64,000 bases of DNA from an uncultured delta proteobacterium (lineage in GTDB: Bacteria > Myxococcota_A > Polyangia > Polyangiales > Polyangiaceae). Shown piece after piece: positions 58,885-64,000 of the stretch; positions within the stretch are counted from its first letter, which is position 1, and every line of letters begins with the position of its first letter. The position numbers were made by a program, and so were the translations under genes. The DNA is taken from the NCBI GenBank assembly GCA_963782055.1, contig CAWAIF010000003.1, forward strand, positions 64,001 through 128,000. Reading direction: 5' to 3'. The notes beneath the pieces are model-generated. The model was not told where the DNA came from. It searched no databases and saw only the letters and a list, made by a program, of their open reading frames with translations.

Positions 58885-59337
58885 TCAGCCGGGATACCGG
58901 CCGACGATGTACCCCTCGAGCTGGGTGATCGCCGCGCGCTGCTCGCTGATCAGGCGCTCGACGAGATCGCCGATGGAGATGATGCCCACCAGACCCTCGT
59001 CGCCCACCACGGGCAGGTGCCGCACACGCCGCCGCGTCATCATGCGCAGCGCCTCCTCCACCGTGCAGCCGGGCTCCACCGTGACGACCGGCGTCGTCAT
59101 GATCTCGCGCACGGTCGTGTCGCGGGAGGAGCGCCCGCGAAGGATGACCTTGCGGGTGTAGTCGCGCTCGGAGACGACACCGACGAGCTCGTCGTCGTCG
59201 TCCAGGACGAGCAGCGCGCCGATCTGCTTGTCGCTCATCACGCGGATCGCGTCGAGCACCGTCTCGCCGGCGCGGATGGTGAAGACGCCGTGACCCTTGA
59301 CGTCCAGGATGGACGCGATGTCGTCGAGGAAATCCAT
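58885..59337 (-). CDS. CBS-pair protein
   Basis: IGALLV, GVVSERDY, V.EIMT, RHLPVV and GIISIGDLV motifs. Confidence 0.92.
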   Translation of the reverse strand: MDFLDDIASILDVKGHGVFTIRAGETVLDAIRVMSDKQIGALLVLDDDDELVGVVSERDYTRKVILRGRSSRDTTVREIMTTPVVTVEPGCTVEEALRMMTRRRVRHLPVVGDEGLVGIISIGDLVERLISEQRAAITQLEGYIVGRYPG

Positions 59338-59348
59338 GCCCTCCACGT

Positions 59349-59364
59349 AGCAAGCGCGGTGCCA
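59349..59364 (-). promoter_or_regulatory. Sigma54 promoter of the CBS gene
   Basis: Minus strand TGGCACCGCGCTTGCT, near-consensus -24/-12, 11 nt before the ATG. Confidence 0.7.
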
Positions 59365-59549
59365 CCGTGGCGTCGCGCGGCCGCATGAATTACGCCCAGC
59401 GCAGCCGCGTGCGCCCGCGTGCTCTCGCCGCGACGAATGGTCGCGCTGTGATCGGTCGGCCGCGCGCACGGCGCAGGCGCACCATGTGCCGCACGAAGAG
59501 CGCGCGACCGAACTTCTTGCGGCGCGTATGGCGTGCTGGGCGTCGCGGC

Positions 59550-60047
59550 TCAGCGGGCGCCGGAGAGATCGTAGGTGATGGTGCAGGGCAGCGCGTCGTA
59601 CATGCCGCCGGACGCGCTGAGCTGGTCGGAGCAGGTGGAGTCGGAGGTGGCGGTGAAGGTGTACGAGAGCGTGCCGGTGAACCCGGACGGCGAGGCGCCG
59701 TCGCCCAGCGTCAGGTCCAGCGCGTCGGTGCGCGTCATGGTGCACGCGCCCGGGCCGGCGTCGGTGGCGTCGACGTTGGCGGTGGAGGTGGAGGTCGTGC
59801 TCATGCTCGACCCGGTGAGCGCGCCGGAGAGGAGCGGCGCGCCGTCCATCGTGTTCCAGTAGAGCTTGTCCGGCGTCTTGGAGAGCATCACGCGGAAGGT
59901 CCACGGGTCGGGAGCTTGCGGCCCGGTCCCGCACGTGTTGGCGGTGACGTTGCCCGTCACCGTGTAGACGCCGAGGGTGTCCCCCGGCATGGAGCAGCTC
60001 GCCGTCCCGAGCCCCAGCACCAACGCGACCCAGAGGATCCTGCGCAT
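59550..60047 (-). CDS. Hypothetical lipoprotein, Thr/Cys-rich
   Basis: Signal peptide ending TASC; four further Cys. Confidence 0.7.
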   Translation of the reverse strand: MRRILWVALVLGLGTASCSMPGDTLGVYTVTGNVTANTCGTGPQAPDPWTFRVMLSKTPDKLYWNTMDGAPLLSGALTGSSMSTTSTSTANVDATDAGPGACTMTRTDALDLTLGDGASPSGFTGTLSYTFTATSDSTCSDQLSASGGMYDALPCTITYDLSGAR

Positions 60048-60110
60048 CCCGACTGATCAGCACATCCCGCCCGCGCGGGCCAAGCAAACGCCGACCCGCC
60101 GCGAAGCCGC

Positions 60111-60422
60111 TCAGATCCGGAACGCGTTCGCAGGCACCAGCAAGGAGAGGAGCGCCACGAACACCACCGGCCCCAGCACGCCAAGGCCCACGCCGACCAG
60201 CGCCTGCCCGCGCCCTCGCCGCTCCCGCGCGACGATCGCCCCGACCCCGCCCACGACCAGCGACAGCAGCGCCAGGGGCAGGACGGCCAGCATCCCGACG
60301 AGCGCCGTCGCCCCGCCATCCTGGCCCTGCAGCGCGGCGGCGAGCGCGAAGAAGACGCCGGTGAACATCGTCAGGCAGCCGACGATGAGGCCGAGCATGG
60401 CGACGAGCGTCCGGACGGGCAC
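60111..60422 (-). CDS. Small 3-TM membrane protein
   Basis: Three hydrophobic segments; start placed at GTG 60422, 6 nt after TAGCAT (60428 is the alternative). Confidence 0.6.
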   Translation of the reverse strand: MPVRTLVAMLGLIVGCLTMFTGVFFALAAALQGQDGGATALVGMLAVLPLALLSLVVGGVGAIVARERRGRGQALVGVGLGVLGPVVFVALLSLLVPANAFRI

Positions 60423-60474
60423 GGACACATGCTACCGCCGAACTCCGCCGTGCGGCGCTACCATGCACGCGCCC

Positions 60475-61668
60475 ATGCGCCGCCTCCTGCCGCTAGCCTG
60501 TCTCGCCGGCATGGCCGCCGTCACCTGCGGTGGGCGGACCCAGCTCGGCGTACCCCGGCGCGACGGCGGGACGATCGGCTGCGTCCCGGCGCGACCACCC
60601 GTCGCGCACTGCACCGCCTGGGTGGCCGGCACGCCCCTCACGATCGCGCCGCCGCCGCCCTCCAACGGCGGGCTGCAGCTCGGCGGGGCCGCCGCCGTCA
60701 CGTGCGGCGCGCTCGTCGCCTGGTACACGGTGACGCCCGAGCCGAGCGGCGCGCTCACGTGGAGCACGCGCCTCGTCGGCTTCGACGGGGCACCGCTCGC
60801 CCAGGCGGTCACGCACCCGGCGCTCGGCTCGGCCACAGACACCTCCGCGGCGATCTCCCTGGCCGTCGGCGGTGCGCGCGTGGGGGCGCTGGTGTCCGAC
60901 GCCGTCGGCTGCAAGTTCGGCACACTCGATATGGAGGGCCACGACACCGCCGGCGCGCTCCCTCTCGGGACCGGGCGCTGCTTCGGTCTCGCCGCCCGTG
61001 GCAGCGGGTGGAGCTTCCTGCGGGCCGCGGGCACCGACAGCACCCCGCCACTGCAGCTCGCCGAGCTGGACTCCGCCGGCCACGAGCTGGACGAGACGCT
61101 GGCCGCGGCGGTCGATCAGACCGCGTGGGAACGCCTCACCTTCGGCGACGGCAGCTTCCTCCTCGACACCTTCCGGGAAGATCTCTCCACCAGCACCGAC
61201 ACCAACTGGCTCACGCCCTACGACGCCGCCGGCGACGCCCTCGGGCCACGCGTCGCGGTGGACGGCTTCGACAGCGCGCCGGTGTGGCTCGTCGCCGCGG
61301 GCCAGAGCGCGCTCGCCTTCTGGTCATGGGACGCGCTGTACGCGCGGCCCGTCGGTCGCGAGGGCGTGGCGACCGGCGCGTCGAAGAACGTGAGCGGCAA
61401 GGCGACGATTTACGAGCTGCGCGCGGCCGCGCTCCCCGACGGCGACGTGCTGATGGTGTGGAAGGCGCTGGAGGCCGCCAGCCGCTTCGGCCTGTACGCG
61501 GTGTCCCTGGCGCCGGACGGCACCCCGCGCGGGACGCCGACGCGGGTGGCCGGCCAGCTGGAGTCCTCCTTCGTGGAGATCTCGGTGGAGCCCACCGGCG
61601 CCCGGGCGGTGCTGATCAGCGACGAGGTGGGCGGCCTCCAGGCGCTGCCGATCACCTGCGCGCCGTGA
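60475..61668 (+). CDS. Hypothetical lipoprotein
   Basis: Signal peptide followed by CGGRTQL; beta-repeat-like body. Confidence 0.65.
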   Translation: MRRLLPLACLAGMAAVTCGGRTQLGVPRRDGGTIGCVPARPPVAHCTAWVAGTPLTIAPPPPSNGGLQLGGAAAVTCGALVAWYTVTPEPSGALTWSTRLVGFDGAPLAQAVTHPALGSATDTSAAISLAVGGARVGALVSDAVGCKFGTLDMEGHDTAGALPLGTGRCFGLAARGSGWSFLRAAGTDSTPPLQLAELDSAGHELDETLAAAVDQTAWERLTFGDGSFLLDTFREDLSTSTDTNWLTPYDAAGDALGPRVAVDGFDSAPVWLVAAGQSALAFWSWDALYARPVGREGVATGASKNVSGKATIYELRAAALPDGDVLMVWKALEAASRFGLYAVSLAPDGTPRGTPTRVAGQLESSFVEISVEPTGARAVLISDEVGGLQALPITCAP

Positions 61669-61746
61669 CCCGAGCTCCGGGCCGCAGGCCGGCTGTCGCT
61701 TTTCGTGACGGATCGAGGCGCGAGCGGGCATCCGACCTTGCCACGC

Positions 61747-62436
61747 ATGACCACCGGGACAGCAGCCGTCGCCTTCTTCCGGACCCGCTTCCGGGCCGAG
61801 GGCACACCGGAGCGCGCGCAGGGCAACAAGGCCTACCTGAAGAGCACCCTCCTCTTCTACGGCGTCCCGCAGCCGGGCATCCGCCGCGCCGCGGGGGACT
61901 ACCTGCGCGCTCACCCGCTGCGTGACGCGGCCGACCTTCGCGCGGTGTGCCGCGCCCTGTACGCGACCGAGGAGCACGAGCTCTGGTCGGTCGCCATCGC
62001 CCTGCTGGAGAAGCAGCGCGCGCTGCTGCAGGCCTCCGATCTGCCGTGGCTGGTGGACCTGGTGCGCCGCTCGGCGGGGTGGGCGTACGTCGACTGGCTC
62101 GCCGCGAAGGTCGTCCCCGCACCGCTGGCGAAGACATCCAGGCCGGAGACGCGCGTCCGGCGCTGGGCGCGCGATCCGGACCTCTGGGTGCGCCGCACCG
62201 CCCTGCTCTGCCAGCTCGACGCCCTCCGCCACGGCGGCGGGGACTTCGCCCTGTTCGAGGAGATCGCAGCGCCGATGCTCGTGGAGAAGGAATTCTTCAT
62301 TCGCAAGGCCATCGGGTGGGTGCTGCGCGACGTGGCGCGCAAGCGGCCCGCGCTGGTGCGAGGCTTCGTGTCGCGACACCGGGGCGCGATGAGCGGCCTG
62401 ACCCTGCGCGAGGCGACGCGCCACCTCGGGACGTGA
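61747..62436 (+). CDS. DNA alkylation repair protein (AlkD-like HEAT repeat)
   Basis: AYLKS.L.FYGV, W..VD, W..D.D.WVRR and EFFIRKAIGW.LR motifs. Confidence 0.85.
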   Translation: MTTGTAAVAFFRTRFRAEGTPERAQGNKAYLKSTLLFYGVPQPGIRRAAGDYLRAHPLRDAADLRAVCRALYATEEHELWSVAIALLEKQRALLQASDLPWLVDLVRRSAGWAYVDWLAAKVVPAPLAKTSRPETRVRRWARDPDLWVRRTALLCQLDALRHGGGDFALFEEIAAPMLVEKEFFIRKAIGWVLRDVARKRPALVRGFVSRHRGAMSGLTLREATRHLGT

Positions 62437-62519
62437 GGCCCCGCGCCCGGCGCGCGCCTGATCGCCTTGACTCCGCGGTACGTGGTGTCATAGCGCCCAG
62501 ATCCTTCGCGGCAGCACTC

Positions 62520-63587
62520 ATGAGACACCCACTCCTTCCTCTCCTTGCGGCCCTCCTCCTCGGGGGGTGCTCCTCCTCCCTCTCTCCTGCCAACCCCGGG
62601 GGCGACGACGCCGGCACCGGCGACGACGCCGCCACGCCGGACGCGGGCGATGGCGCTGCGCCGCAGGGCGACGCGGGTGTCTCCGGGGACGCCGCGCCGC
62701 CGCCAAGCAGCCAGATCCGCGTCATCGTGGAGCCGAGCGACAAGGGCGCCGCGCTCCTCGCCGCGATCCAGAACGCGACCAAGTCGGTCCACATGACGAT
62801 GTACCTGCTCACCTCCAACGAGATCGTCTCGGCGCTGGTGGCGCAGCACCAGGCGGGTCACGACGTGAAGGTGGTGCTGGACAAGAACGGCGTGCAGAGC
62901 AGCAACCAGAGCGCCTACGACACGCTGAGCAAGGCGGGCGTGGCGGTGCACTGGGCGCCGAGCAACTTCACCTACACGCACGAGAAGTGCGTCATCGTCG
63001 ATGCCACCCAGGCGTGGATCATGACGATGAACGCGACCTACTCGTCGCCCACGAGCAACCGCGAGTACCTCGCCGTCGACGACGGCGCCGCCGACATCGC
63101 CGAGGCGGAGGCGATCTTCCAGGCGGACTACGCGAACAAGGCCATCACGCCGAAGGGCCCGCTCGTCGTGGCGCCGGTCAACGCGCGCGACGACCTTGTC
63201 GCGATGGTGCAGACCGCGAAGAAGACGATCGACATCGAGGCCGAGGAGATGAGCGACACCGCCTTCGTCGACGCCCTGGACACCGCGTCCGACGCCGGCG
63301 TCGCCGTGCACATCGTCCTGTCCGACGCGACGCCGTACGCCTCCCAGGACACGGCGGTCGCGCTGCTGAAGCAGCACGGCGTCAAGCTGGTGCAGGTCTC
63401 CAAGCCGTACATCCACGCCAAGTCGATGGTCGTCGACGGCGCGACGGCGTTCGTCGGGTCGGAGAACTTCAGCGGCGGCTCGCTCGGCTACAACCGGGAG
63501 GTCGGCGTCATCTTCGGGATCCCGTCGGAGGTCCAGAAGGTACTCACCACGACAGTCGCCGATTTCGGCAAGGGCACGCCGCTGTAA
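62520..63587 (+). CDS. Phospholipase D-family lipoprotein (two HKD motifs)
   Basis: LLGGC lipobox; HEKCVIVD and HAKSMVVD..FVGSENFS..NRE motifs. Confidence 0.88.
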   Translation: MRHPLLPLLAALLLGGCSSSLSPANPGGDDAGTGDDAATPDAGDGAAPQGDAGVSGDAAPPPSSQIRVIVEPSDKGAALLAAIQNATKSVHMTMYLLTSNEIVSALVAQHQAGHDVKVVLDKNGVQSSNQSAYDTLSKAGVAVHWAPSNFTYTHEKCVIVDATQAWIMTMNATYSSPTSNREYLAVDDGAADIAEAEAIFQADYANKAITPKGPLVVAPVNARDDLVAMVQTAKKTIDIEAEEMSDTAFVDALDTASDAGVAVHIVLSDATPYASQDTAVALLKQHGVKLVQVSKPYIHAKSMVVDGATAFVGSENFSGGSLGYNREVGVIFGIPSEVQKVLTTTVADFGKGTPL

Positions 63588-63646
63588 CCCTGCCGTCACA
63601 CCTTTCACAACCACGCGCCACGGGCTCGGGGTATATGCCGACTGTC

Positions 63647-64000
63647 ATGCCCCGCTTCACCCTCGCCCTCCTCTGCCTCACCGCCGGTCTCGCCCTCGCC
63701 GGGTGCGCCACTGCGGTGGAGGCCAACCTCGGCGATGACGACGCCGGTCAGGCCGATCACGCCTCGCCCGGCAAGGACGGGTCGAGCGGGTCGGAGGGCG
63801 GCACCGGCTTCCCCGACGCGGGAGCCGGTGACGCGGCCACGGACGATGGCTCGGTCGTCCAGGACGCGGGACCGCCCGCCGATGCGTCGCCCTGCGCCGC
63901 GAGCGGGACCCTCGCCACCTACGACTTCACCGGGGAGCCCGGTAACCAGAGCTCGACGGCGTCGGCCTCGGCGGTCGCCGGCATCAGCGCGGGGAGCATC
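63647..64000 (+). CDS. Hypothetical lipoprotein, runs off the window
   Basis: MPRFTLALLCLTAGLALAGC lipobox and DAG-rich linker; no stop before the window end. Confidence 0.7.
   Translation, partial: MPRFTLALLCLTAGLALAGCATAVEANLGDDDAGQADHASPGKDGSSGSEGGTGFPDAGAGDAATDDGSVVQDAGPPADASPCAASGTLATYDFTGEPGNQSSTASASAVAGISAGSI

Noticed and set aside
61747..63587. AlkD-like plus PLD as an anti-phage defence pair
   Set aside because: The PLD has a lipoprotein signal and two HKD motifs, consistent with an exported phospholipase/nuclease; nothing links it to the cytoplasmic repair protein beyond adjacency.

Overview
Very high-GC chromosomal segment. The gene style (many Cys-lipoproteins with DAG-rich linkers, a GldAFG-like ABC operon, a DUF3160-like protein, a CxxC..CPFCG..YGGPP protein) suggests a myxobacterium; this is inference only. 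The backbone is mostly housekeeping: sdhCAB, a GldA/F/G-DUF4340 ABC operon, Leu dehydrogenase, YjbQ, fbaB, fbp, queE, addBA, treZ, treS-mak, tRNA-Ser(TGA), a GAF-EI ptsP, AlkD-like and PLD-like genes. It also encodes a radical SAM enzyme homologous to archaeal tetraether synthase (Tes/MJ0619). There are two accessory regions. (1) About 20.4-24.4 kb, between fbaB and fbp: a frameshifted secreted protein followed by a 1176-bp-period tandem duplication of a beta-propeller lipoprotein whose copies differ in clustered patches. (2) About 44.4-53.9 kb, next to tRNA-Ser: a decaying polymorphic-toxin island. It holds an RHS core with a DddA/SCP1.201-like deaminase plus Imm1, an orphan RHS module with a second, different HAE..CxxC deaminase plus a DUF416/YjaG-like putative immunity protein, orphan immunity relics, IS4, PolA and PD-(D/E)XK fragments, and a RelE-HTH TA pair. 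This island carries four perfect 10-bp tandem duplications, two of which frameshift toxin genes while the cognate immunity/antitoxin genes stay intact. All family calls come from motif recognition by eye, not from database searches.
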